Program-made: the position numbers and the translations under genes
Part shown: in pieces, positions 53,054-64,000 of the stretch
Position numbering within the stretch: the first letter of the stretch is position 1
How the letters are laid out: every line of letters starts with the position of its first letter
NCBI GenBank assembly: GCA_976551045.1
Contig: CDPCPM010000016.1
Coordinates: 8,060,001 to 8,124,000, forward strand
Origin: Glaucostegus cemiculus
Taxonomy: Eukaryota
Reading direction: 5' to 3'
Length of the DNA stretch: 64,000 bases
The notes under the pieces: generated by a model
Databases searched by the model: none
Told to the model about the DNA's origin: nothing
Seen by the model: the letters and a program-made list of their open reading frames with translations, nothing else

Positions 53054-53595
53054 TAAAAGGTGGAGAATTGGAACTGACTGAATTGCCCAACTAAGCTGGC
53101 AGACACTTGATAGGTCAGATGTTGTCCTGGATTGTACCAATTCTGTGATTCAATAAATATATTTTAAGATTATTGTCTTGCTGATGAGAGGAGTTAGTTG
53201 GAAAAAAACAGCAGCAAGGAAAATATTAACTTATTTGAATTTTGTTGAGTATTCAAATAGTCAAAACCTAAAATTGAAATTGAACCTCCTTTTACATCTG
53301 GGTGCAGCTGTTTTCAGCCAAGGTTTAGATAATCAAAAGCTAAACTTATTTACATGTAGTTCAGTTTTGGTAACTAAAAGCAATAATACCGGACCTTAAC
53401 ATAAGTCCGTTCAATACAAATGTTATATTGAAAAAGAAGTTAAAATTACATTAAGTCATGAAGAGAGTTCAAAAGCTGTGCCCTTTACATATATTTTCAC
53501 TAATTACACTTTGCATTAATCTTACAGGTAGGGCAATTGACAAAATTGCTTAAGCAGTAAAATGTTTCAAATAAGAAATAAAGAAACTTCAACAG

Positions 53596-54520
53596 TAGTT
53601 AAATTTATTGTCAAATGCACAAGTACATGGATGTACAGGTGCAGCAAAAAACTTACAGCAGCATCACAGGCACATGGCACCATATAAGCAGCATCCATAA
53701 GAAAAACATCAATTAAACATAAATTATACCCAGTTCTTACAAGGAAGAACACAATTAGAACAAAACAAAACATGGTCCATTTATGTACAAAGTGGTCATA
53801 GTGTTGTATAGTTATTCCAATTGGTTCAAGAACTGAATGGTTGAAGGGAAGTAGCTGTACTTGAATCTGGTGGTGTGGGGATTCAGGCCTCTGTACTTCC
53901 TGCTCGATGGTAGCTGTGAAAAGATGGCATGGCCTAGATGCTGGGGATCTTTGATGATGGACGTTGCCTTCATGAGGCAGCACCTCCTGTAGATGGTGGG
54001 GAGGGATGTGCCTGTGATGTATTGGGCTGAGTCCACTACTCTCTGCAACTTCTTGCATTCCTGCACATTCAAATTGCCGTACCAGACCATGATGCAACTA
54101 GTCAGGATACCTTCAACCGTTCATACGTAGAAATTTTTTAGAGTGTTTGGTGACAAACTGAACCTCCTTCATGTCTTAAGAAAGTAAATTTTCACCCCCA
54201 CGTTCACCTCCTTCCCCTTCCTGAAGTTAACAATCAGCTCTTTAGTTTTACTGACGTTGAGCAAGAGGTTGTTGTTTTGGCACCACTCAACCAGGTGTCC
54301 TACCTCACTCCTGTACGCTGACCCATCACCGCCTGTTATTCGCCTAACAATAGTGGTGTCATCAGCAAATTTATATATGGCGTTGGAGCTGTACTTACCC
54401 ACACAATTTTGTGTATATACAGAGTAGAGCAGGGGGCTAAGCACGCAGCCTTGAGGTTCACCTGTGTTCATGGTCAGCGAGGAGAAGATGTTGTTACTAA
54501 TCCTCACTAATTGGGGTCAA
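53596..54520 (-). mobile_element. Rex1/Babar LINE, 5'-truncated with internal deletion
   Basis: RT motifs TGEPQGCVLSPLLYSVYT, YKFADDTTIV and WCQNNNLLLNVSKTKELIVNFRK; C-terminal WYGN...LQRVVDSAQYITGTSLP...TTRFKYSYFP typical of Rex1/Babar. Confidence 0.88.
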
Positions 54521-55551
54521 CTAAACTCTATTCAACTAAAGATGTTTGATAGAGTATTCTGATAAAGTTAGTTTTAGTTCCCACATAAAATCAGGATCTA
54601 GTGGAAATTATTAACAGTTTATGAACTAACAGAGAAATAGTGGTTTTGGATAGCATGATATGGGTATAATAAGAAGTGTATATAAATCAATGCGCTGTAG
54701 CTGGTACTGGCAGAAAGAAACCGTGTTCATCAAGATCATCACTGGAAAAGACCCGCATAAATTACGCCCAAGTAGTTTAAGGCTACATCAAGCAAATATT
54801 TTGTGTATATGAGCAGCTTTGAACATTTGTGTCAGTGAAATAATGCCCTCCAACATTCTCTAAAACACTATAAGTCTGGATGATGCACTTGGTGGAAATA
54901 TTGCTTTCTGAGAACTAAATCTTAATTTAACAAGTGACATCCAAACTTTCCAACAAATACATAAATGTGCGAGGAAGGAGCAGACCAGCTGATTCATCAA
55001 GCCAGTCCCATTCAATTCATTACTGGGGCAAAGGGATAAAGACTATATAACCTGTGGGAGAGGTATTAAATTCTCCATTGTTAAATGTAAGATGATTCAA
55101 TATTTAGTTATTTGAAAGGAAAATAGTTGCTTGTACAGTTCATCATTTGATGTGACCCCATTTTTATGGTGGAATTTTAAATCACAACAGAAAAAGTGTA
55201 CAGAAATACTCCCCCTTGACATTTGAGATTATCAAAGACTATGTAGAGTTCATGAAGCATGCACAAACTATTTCCATCTCTTACAGCACTGTGGCCATCA
55301 GGTTCATTTGAAATACCTAACTGCCTGCACTCTGTTTGGGAATAGTGTTCTGATTATGTGCAGTCTTAAATAAATTTTCACTTTAGCTAATTTTGCAAAT
55401 AAAATTGCTTGAAGCAGCCATCTCAAAAAACTAGGCTTATATGGCCTTGATGGATAAATTAATGTAGATTTTTATATATTTATTTACATATGTGACATTT
55501 CTTGGCGTATTGTCATCTTTCACTTCCTTATTTTTTTAAAAATGCATGCAG

Positions 55552-55689
55552 GGCTCTGTCTGCGTGTACAAGGTACCTCTACCAGATGATATCGCTCGGG
55601 AAGCAGGTTATGAACCCACATTTGGAATGTTCCAGGGTATCCCGAGCAATGATCTCATCAATGTTTTGGTCAGAGTGTACGTAGTAAGG
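55552..55689 (+). CDS. OTOF: OTOF window exon 26 (138 nt), C2E start
   Basis: atgcag|GGC...AGG|gtaag; encodes [46 protein letters not shown]. Confidence 0.96.
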
Positions 55690-56539
55690 GTAAGTGGTAA
55701 CCAAACAAATCTCAGCAAAGCTAGTGAGTTTCACTTTTGTAGCTGTAGATAAAACATGAACATGTTCTGCTTATCAAACAGCTTGGTAATGTGTTTGTCC
55801 GGATTAAAGTCAGCCTTCTATCCCATTTTAATCAATTCATTGAATTGAATTAACTGGCATCAAATGAACTTTTGTTGAATGTGAAAGGTCCATAAAGAGC
55901 TCCCAAAATCAGCAGGTTTGGTGATCCTGCCAGAGGTCTTGCCTCCAGCCCAAGTGCCAGTCTGAATTCCACCTATTCAAAGCATTGCCGCAAGGTGGCG
56001 CCAGCTTCACAGACAGGCATGAGGGACAGTTGAGGGTCAGTCCATGAAAATGACTCTCAGGGCAATTTTAGCCTTCATATGATGGTGGCCCAGAATTGTC
56101 CTGGGGTTCTCATCAATCAAATCAGCCAGCCAGAGATATAATGAGATGAGGCAACTTACAATGGTGAGTTGGTGTACCTCACAATCAAGAAAACTGAAAT
56201 TATCTTGTAACTCTGTTTTTATGTAAGAGGTCATTCACAATGATTTGAAGAAATTAGTGAATTACTTACTCCACCAAAACTCAAGGTCTGACCTGTGAAC
56301 ACAAAGTGCAGTGAACTGAAATGTGGGGAGAAGAATATTCAAGGGATGCCATCTGCCATACTGTCAGGACAACTCATAGAAAACATTCACGACCAGCTAC
56401 TTACACCATTACTCTGCAATCTTTTTCATAAATTGAGAATGTACATTTTCATTCTTGATCCTTCACCAAATTTTGTTTGGGTGAATTTTCTTGGATCTGT
56501 TGATTCTCAGTTTTATCATTGTTTAATCTGTTCTCTTAG

Positions 56540-56668
<129 letters not shown>

Positions 56669-56885
56669 TAAGTCCTGTCGATGAGTCCAGAAAATCCAGA
56701 AAATTGTTTTCTATGTTTTAAACAACCAAACCTTAAACCAATGTATTTTATGTAAGTCTGCTATTTCTCTGCTGCCATTTCAAGAAGAAATAATTACCTT
56801 TTGGAGTGACATTATAAGATAGCTTCTTCAAAGATTCATAACAGGCCAGTGGGCCATGTAGGCCCCCCCCCCCCTTTTTTGCTGA

Positions 56886-57254
<369 letters not shown>

Positions 57255-58029
57255 TAAGTAAATGAACACTGTTTAATTTAATAAAGTTACATGAAATCAC
57301 CATCAGATTGAGTTGTATAATGGATGTTAATGTTCATGGCTACTGAAGAGAGCCTTCAAGTTGATTCCTGTTGTTCTGTTTAACGTGACATTCAAAGAAA
57401 GCACAGCTCAACCTCCGCATGAATGCAAAACGACTGCAGAGTTCTTGTATTTGCTATACTGAAAGGAATGGGGGTGGGTGTTGAACTACTGGCTAGGAAC
57501 CCATTAGGACACAAACCTGCCAAGGGGATTGTTCCCACATAAAATCTGATGCATCAGCAGTCTATGACCCAAGTGCTTGGCCAAAGTGAACATTCAGAAG
57601 TAGCTTGTTTTTTTTTTGGGCCTGCAAAGATCAATGGGCCAAAGAAGCAAGTAAGTCACTGATACAACCAGGAGAAGTGAGGGATCCACTCAGGCAAAGC
57701 AGAACTCTGCAGCTGCCTTATATTCATCAGAGGTTGAGCCACCCATAGTAACATCTTCATGGGATTTCCAATATACAGAAACAAAGTGTGGGACCAAGGC
57801 TAGAATTCATACTGCTTCAGGTTTCCGGCACCAGGAGTGTTTTGTTCTTGTTTGGAAATTATGATGTCTCTCATGAGCTGGTCAGGGGAACAGGGTCAGG
57901 AAGTGAAGAGGTGGGATGGGGTCATGTGTGACAATGTGCAAGTTGACAGGAGTGGAAGAGGATTGTAGTTTTTATATAGAAATTTGGGCCTGTGTTCAAT
58001 GCCATTTCCAGTACTGTTTTTGTTTGTTT

Positions 58030-58335
58030 CTGTTTGGAATAGACAAATTACAGGGCAAGTTAATAGAAGTGTGAAAGGTCATGAATGGATTGGACAAGTG
58101 AGACACAAGCAGGCAGTAGTGTCGGGTTATGGGCTGAGGAGTATTAGAGATACTGAATTAAATGTCGGAATGTTGGAAAGGTTGGCAGGCAAACTCTCTT
58201 CTGACGGGAGTGTGTGGCAGTGAAAGCAATTTCCAGGATAGGTGGTTGAGGCAGAAGCTACACCAATATTATATTGGATAAGTGGATGGAGGAAGAAAGG
58301 TTGATAGGATACGAGAAAAGAGCAAAGCAATGTGA
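58030..58335 (+). mobile_element. CR1 LINE 3' fragment, decayed
   Basis: GTGAAAGGTCATGAATGG...GCAATTTCCAGGATAGGTGGTTGAGGCAG...TTGGATAAGTGGATGGAGGAAGAAAGG. Confidence 0.5.
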
Positions 58336-58911
58336 TTAAAACAACTTACACAGGTAAACTTTCAATGCCAGCATGCGGGGGAAATTCACCCTCCAAAGAG
58401 TGCAAACTACAGAGTGATCAATGAGCAACAACCAGGCCTCAGTTGGTGGAACCTAGGTTCCTTCTCCAGGTCACCCTCATAGCCATTTAATGATGAAAAA
58501 TTATCATTAAATTTAATGATGAAAAATCATTAGTATCAATTGAAATTGACCAAGAAACTTACCTTTGACTCACTCTTCCATCCAGATTGGCAGCTCCCCA
58601 CTACTGGTTGTGAAACCTGTGAAATGGTCAAGGTCTTTCAAGCAAGAGCCCCACTATGGGCTGGATCATGCTGAACCCACCAGTACCTTACAATTGCCTC
58701 CCACCACATCACACCTGGTGTAAAGTTTTTATGCATTAAAAATACCCATTGTAAAGATTGCAATATAAACCAAAGTGCTTTAGAGAGTTCATAAAGGGTA
58801 CCACAACATTATTGAGGTCAGATTAGCAAAGGACTACGTCTCGGGTTTGTTGCATTTCACTGTTGGTCATCAAGCCTCTAATGTGTACCAATGTGTTCTT
58901 CCTGTACACAG

Positions 58912-59072
58912 TCATGGATACAATGTCTGGAGAGATCCAATGAAACCTACACAAATATTGACAAAACTTTGCAAAGAAGGCAAAGTAGATGGGCCTCACT
59001 TCGGACCTGGAGGAAGAGTAAAGGTCGCCAATAGAGTCTTTACAGGTCCAACAGAGATCGAAGATGAAAATG
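58912..59072 (+). CDS. OTOF: OTOF window exon 29 (161 nt)
   Basis: acacag|T...AATG|gtatg; encodes [53 protein letters not shown]. Confidence 0.96.
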
Positions 59073-59363
59073 GTATGAAGTAATAGTTAATCACTTCTGC
59101 TCCCTATCCTCTTAAAATCTGATAGCTACAGGAATCTGAGAAAGTACAAGTCCTGGACCTTGAAAATACTTTATTTTCTTAATGACAAATGTTTACATTT
59201 GGGAAATTTTACTGTTTTATTTTACCTGAAGGAATAGGTTGGCACATACTGACTTGTTATGAGATCCGCAGCTGCTAACAACACAACCTCATAAACTTAT
59301 CCCTGAAGAATATTCAGAACCAGTCCTTCAGGTTGACCGATTGCTTTCATTTCTCCTCTCCAG

Positions 59364-59506
59364 GGGTGAAGAAGGAGACCGACGAACACCTGTCCCTGAT
59401 TGTTCTACAGCACTGGGAGCAGATACCACGAGTCGGCTGCAAAATGGTTCCAGAACATGTGGAAACCAGGCCTCTGCTAAACCCTGAGAAACCAGGCATT
59501 GAGCAG
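59364..59506 (+). CDS. OTOF: OTOF window exon 30 (143 nt)
   Basis: ctccag|GG...CAG|gtaca; encodes [48 protein letters not shown]. Confidence 0.96.
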
Positions 59507-59756
59507 GTACAGTAAACTAAAGAGAAAAGAGCTATTGGAAAAGATCATACAAGGTAATCTTACAAGAGTGCTTCCAGCAGGAGTCTTGTCCACCACAAGT
59601 ATATTGAAGTATCAACAATTATGACTTTCAGATCAGAATGAACCTGGAAAATAATGATCAGTGTACCGTGAGATTTCAGATATGTACTCCCAGCAAGTAC
59701 AGCACTCCACCAAGACCATAGATGGCCAAATTATCATATTTTAGTGTAGATAAGCG

Positions 59757-59965
59757 CAAAGCACTACAGAAGCTGGAAATTTTGAATGACGTAGCAAACT
59801 GCTGAAAATATTCAACAGGCAACCTCAGTGGAGAGAGAAACAAAGTAATGTTTCATTAGTTCTGATGAAAGGTTATTGACCCGAAATGTTAATTCTGTTG
59901 CTTTCTCCACAGATCCCACCTGAGCTGCTGAACATTTCCAGCACTTTCCACTTTATTTCTGATTC
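59757..59965. mobile_element. Palindromic Penelope-derived element (second subfamily) with hammerhead motif
   Basis: Inverted arms around AGTT-CTGATGA-A-AGGTTATTGACCC-GAAATGTT-AATT (core at 59862-59868). Confidence 0.75.
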
Positions 59966-61155
59966 CTCTTCATACCTTAGAGTCTATTTGGTCATTGAGA
60001 AATCTAAGCCTATCATAGAGTCTGCCTTGGTATTATACTTTAGGTCAGATTTCTTGAAGGTAAAAATGGCTTTCCAAGAAACCCTAAGCAGAATTCAAGG
60101 CTGATCATTTGTGAACCAAATAATCCCAGAGAAGAAGCCAGACCATGGACCAAAAGACCAGTCTTTGTGGCAGAAAGAACTGTACAATTGTCCATGCCAA
60201 TTAGTGGACACGATCATCAAAGGTCACTTTCCATCTGATTAAATATTGGCCTGGAATCCCTGGTAAGATGCTCAGCAACCGGGGTCACCAATGATATAGC
60301 TGCTCCAACCTGGAGTAAGTGTCTCTGCATGCATCTCCACAAAGGAGCTGGCTCCAACCTGGTCAGCCATACGCCATCCCACTGAAGTGCTTTGAAAGCC
60401 AATTAAGCCACACTGCAAAGTTGCAGCAGCTGTCAAAGATTATATAACAACATAAAGAACAATTAAAATGCTGAAAGGCAAGTATACCTAAGTTAATGGA
60501 AATTATAAAACTCTAAATAGCCTTGAATCTATTTCTCTCTCAGTCATTCCTCTCCATTAGGATGAGTGCAGTTTCTGGGTCCAGTGGCATGTTTTCCAGT
60601 GTATCTGCCTGGAAATCTCTACATGCTCCAGCTGCACTGTTGATCTCCATGAGGAATCCAGCACATAAACACAGTCGTCCTGTCAGCGGTCATCAGCCAA
60701 GGTGGAAGTTCACAATTTCTGAGTTCATGCCTGGTCGCACAGGAGTCCTGAGTTTCCACGCTTAGAAAGCACAAAAAGCTGGCTGTTCCACATGGAGTTT
60801 CTGGCTTTTTGGTAGAAAATGTCTGCAGTAAGAGGCTATATATTTATATCGTCCAGAAAAATGACCTGTAACAATATACTGTGGGTGTGATACTTCTATT
60901 ACATTATTTGCTTTTATTAGGCTGGCTTGTTACATCAGATTGGTAACATAAAGGCTCAGACCAAAGTAAAAGAAAAAAATTTCAGAAAGTACGGAGCACT
61001 GGCCATTACAAGTGTGTTAAGTATCTGCTGAATTATTCTGACTCCAGCCTGGACCTACTTCACGTTCTTCCAGTCGATCTATGGAAAACTGATACCAGAT
61101 ACAAAAGACCCAGCTACCATAGGTCTCCCTATATGGAAGATACTTCCAGAGAATG

Positions 61156-61392
61156 AAAATAAAATCAAAATCCAAAAACTGCATATGCTGGAAATCTGAA
61201 ATAAAATCAGAAAATGTGCAAGCACTCAGCAGGTCAAACACCATCTGTGGAAGGAGAAACAGCATTAATGTTTGAGGTCAAAGACCCTTTCATTTTGACA
61301 AAGGGTCTTCAAGCAGAAACATTATTCTCTTTCCTTTTTCACAGATGGTGTCTGACTTGCTCGATGTTTCTGCATTTGTTTTATTTTAAATT
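61156..61392. mobile_element. Palindromic Penelope-derived element, decayed
   Basis: AAGACCCTTT...AAAGGGTCTT at the centre (~61281-61309); ACACCATCTGTG vs CACAGATGGTGT in the arms. Confidence 0.75.
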
Positions 61393-62083
61393 TTAAAAAC
61401 ATCCATCCTGGTTTTTAACTATCTGTCATTAATGAATTCCACTCCCCTGTTATCTTGCCAAGTCGATCCCTCCACTCAAATTTGCACTCCAGGAAAATCT
61501 GATGCATTATTTGCACCTGATGCCATCAAATTTATTTGTTGTTTTTTTTTTCTCATGGATAGAAATACTATACTATTTGTAGAAAAATGTTTGATAAAAG
61601 AAATCACTTCAGTATAACAATTGGGAAATGATAATTCTCATACCAGCTAACTCAAGAGCGATCACTTTTGTTACTTACCTGGTGGAAAATTACTTGAAGT
61701 TCTATAATTTAACCTTCTACACTGAAAAAGTGGGATCCTTTATTATTTATGCATCAGGACCCATGGTGTCTTTGGAATATTTACTAATGGCTGGAGCCTA
61801 GAATTCGCTGAGACTTTCCTTAGAGGTGCAAAAAATAACTTGAGGCCAGAGAAAAACATAATTAATGTCTTACTTTCCAAAGGGATTAGGAGACGAAAGG
61901 AACTGATTTGAGGCCAGCAAAGTAAACTTCAGCCTCTGCTACTGCAAAAAAAAACCATGGCCCATGAGTTGTGAACTGGACTCCAGAGCTAATGCTATCT
62001 CTGGGCATTGTAGAAAGCATTTTGCAAATCAGCATGGTGCTATGAATAACTAACTTGGAAGTTGCTTTCTGTGCAATTTTTAG

Positions 62084-62173
<90 letters not shown>

Positions 62174-63314
62174 TAAAGTATTCTCGTATTACTAGAGGTG
62201 TCAAGTGTAATATCTTTGATTCAGCATAATTGTTCTTTTTATGCCTATTAAAATCTTCTGAGGGAATGTTATTGTTTCTTAAGTTCCTGATATTTTTCTC
62301 CTGAAGAGGACAGGTTGACAATTGGAGAGAGAGCCTGTCGTTTGGCATTTCTAAATGACAAAAAGATATTTCATTTCAATTTATTAATATTGTTGTGTTG
62401 CAGCTGCTCTATGAGCTATATTTTAGCCTCAGCTTGAAAAGGACAAATCTCTTGTAATTTTTAGTCACCAATAACATCCTTTTACTTATGTGAAATACTC
62501 ACCTTAAAGCTTCTTTTCCCATCAAGAAAGAGACATTAGTTTATATTATTTGGGAATACTAACAGCTCCTGGTGTCAGTCCACGTCATAACTTTGAATCA
62601 CCTGGTCAGTAATGTCATATTTTATGGCAGGTATTATCAACCTGTAGGTCTGCCAATTTCTTCTCTGCAGTTGACACACAAAGGCCTCAGACTAGATCTT
62701 ATTTCTAAAAATGGTAGCAAAAGACCAAAATCATCAAGATTATTTTTCAAGTCGTATGAAGGACCCTTGTTCTCTAAACACAGGGGAATATTCAATAGAT
62801 TTTAATAGTGGTTCATTGACTTTGTTCACTCATCTTATAGTTCAACTAGACAGGGTGCTCAGTCACTTTTCTATTTATTGATTTTCTTCAACAACTGCTC
62901 AACAAGATTTAAAGGTAAATTACCATCCAAATCAGTAAATCTATTTTTTTTTTTAACAGGTCATGACTTCTCCCTATGCTTTCATGTTTGAGGTTTACTT
63001 CTGTCATGCTAGAGGCTAATTAGCAAGATTTAAACTTAACTAAACAATTATTGCCATGTTCATTCTGACATTGTCATATTTCTTCAGCCTTGGGGTCCCT
63101 ATGTGAACCTTTGCCCATTGGAGCGTATATTGAAAATCAAGCAGCAGGTTCATTCCAGTTTCTGGTTAATTGACTAAATGTAAAATCTTGTAGCCAAGGC
63201 CCTCCATGAAAATCAGAACAGTTTCCTACATGTATCATATGTGCCTCAAAAGCTCAATTATAGAGATAATATTTATCACTACTAACACCATCCCACAATG
63301 TAACATGGTAAATT

Positions 63315-63780
63315 AGAAACATGAGAACATATAATCAGTAGTAGAATATTTAATCCTTCCAGCCTGAGTTTGAGTTCAGAGAGATTATGAGTGATGTGAC
63401 CTCACTTCTCCTTATATACCTTTGGTTTAAAAGTGGCAACTGACAGAGCATCAGTTGCTATTTGTAAAAGAGAGCTTCAAATTTCCACTATGCTCAGTGT
63501 GCAGAGATGACGTTTAACTTCAGTCCTGAAAGGCCTGGCTTGAATATTCAGACTAACCTCTGGAGCCCTCAATCAGTGGATGGAATTATCCTTATTTTCT
63601 TGAAAACTTCAATCAAATTCCCTTGCATTTCTAAATTCTAGGCATCACAATGTTGGTTTGTTTTATCTCTCATTGTAAAACAATGATTTGTATAATTCCT
63701 AAATTATGATTTCTTGAACTGCCTCTGGTGTACTACAGATGTGATCTAACCATATCTTTGTTTTATGGTTAATCGTTTCA
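63315..63780 (-). mobile_element. Old CR1 LINE fragment
   Basis: AGAGAGCTTCAAATTTCCACTATGCTCAGTGTGCAGAG...CTTCAGTCCTGAAAGGCCTGGCT, a CR1 antisense pattern. Confidence 0.5.
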
Positions 63781-64000
63781 GAGAGATTTGAGTGTAAGTG
63801 TTTTTGTTGCATTTCTCCATGAAGTATTTGTGAATATATGCTTGGAATCCTACTATGCTGAGAGGAGACATTGGTACTGGATTACCATAAATGTTGACAC
63901 TTTATTGCCTCACTTGGGGACATCCTCTAATGCTCTAAAAGAGTTATCCCCAAGATATTTTGTTTCAGTTTTCCTTCCTTCAGTTATTTATTCTTGATTA

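Noticed and set aside
53567-54507. Longest ORFs in the track (176, 112, 92 aa) as a nested antisense gene
   Set aside because: They are frameshifted pieces or off-frames of a truncated Rex1/Babar reverse transcriptase.

Overview
This window is eukaryotic vertebrate DNA. It is almost certainly from a cartilaginous fish, probably a batoid; that is an inference from the repeat families (HE1/V-SINEs, HER1/CR1 LINEs, DeuSINE, palindromic Penelope-derived elements). The whole 64 kb lies inside one + strand gene, otoferlin (OTOF). I traced 31 consecutive GT-AG coding exons from 938 to 62172. They splice into one uninterrupted reading frame of 4241 nt (about 1413 aa) covering the end of C2B, FerI, C2C, FerA, FerB, C2D, C2de, the charged linker, C2E and the lead-in to C2F. 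The gene's 5' and 3' ends lie outside the window. Exon sizes match those I recall for human OTOF exons ~11-41 almost exactly. The introns hold decayed CR1, L2, Rex1/Babar and Tx1-like LINEs, SINEs, a Penelope remnant, a possible solo LTR and a 304-N gap. The most notable signals are: (1) about a dozen short palindromic Penelope-derived elements centred on minimal hammerhead-ribozyme motifs, one nested inside another; (2) a 79/80-nt identical inverted duplication within one intron; (3) a conserved 60-nt alternative acceptor whose 20-aa insert lacks the human RXR motif; (4) an RBFOX-motif cluster in the linker region. Most ORFs in the supplied track are spurious or repeat-derived. Comparisons with human and with repeat consensus sequences are from memory, not database searches.
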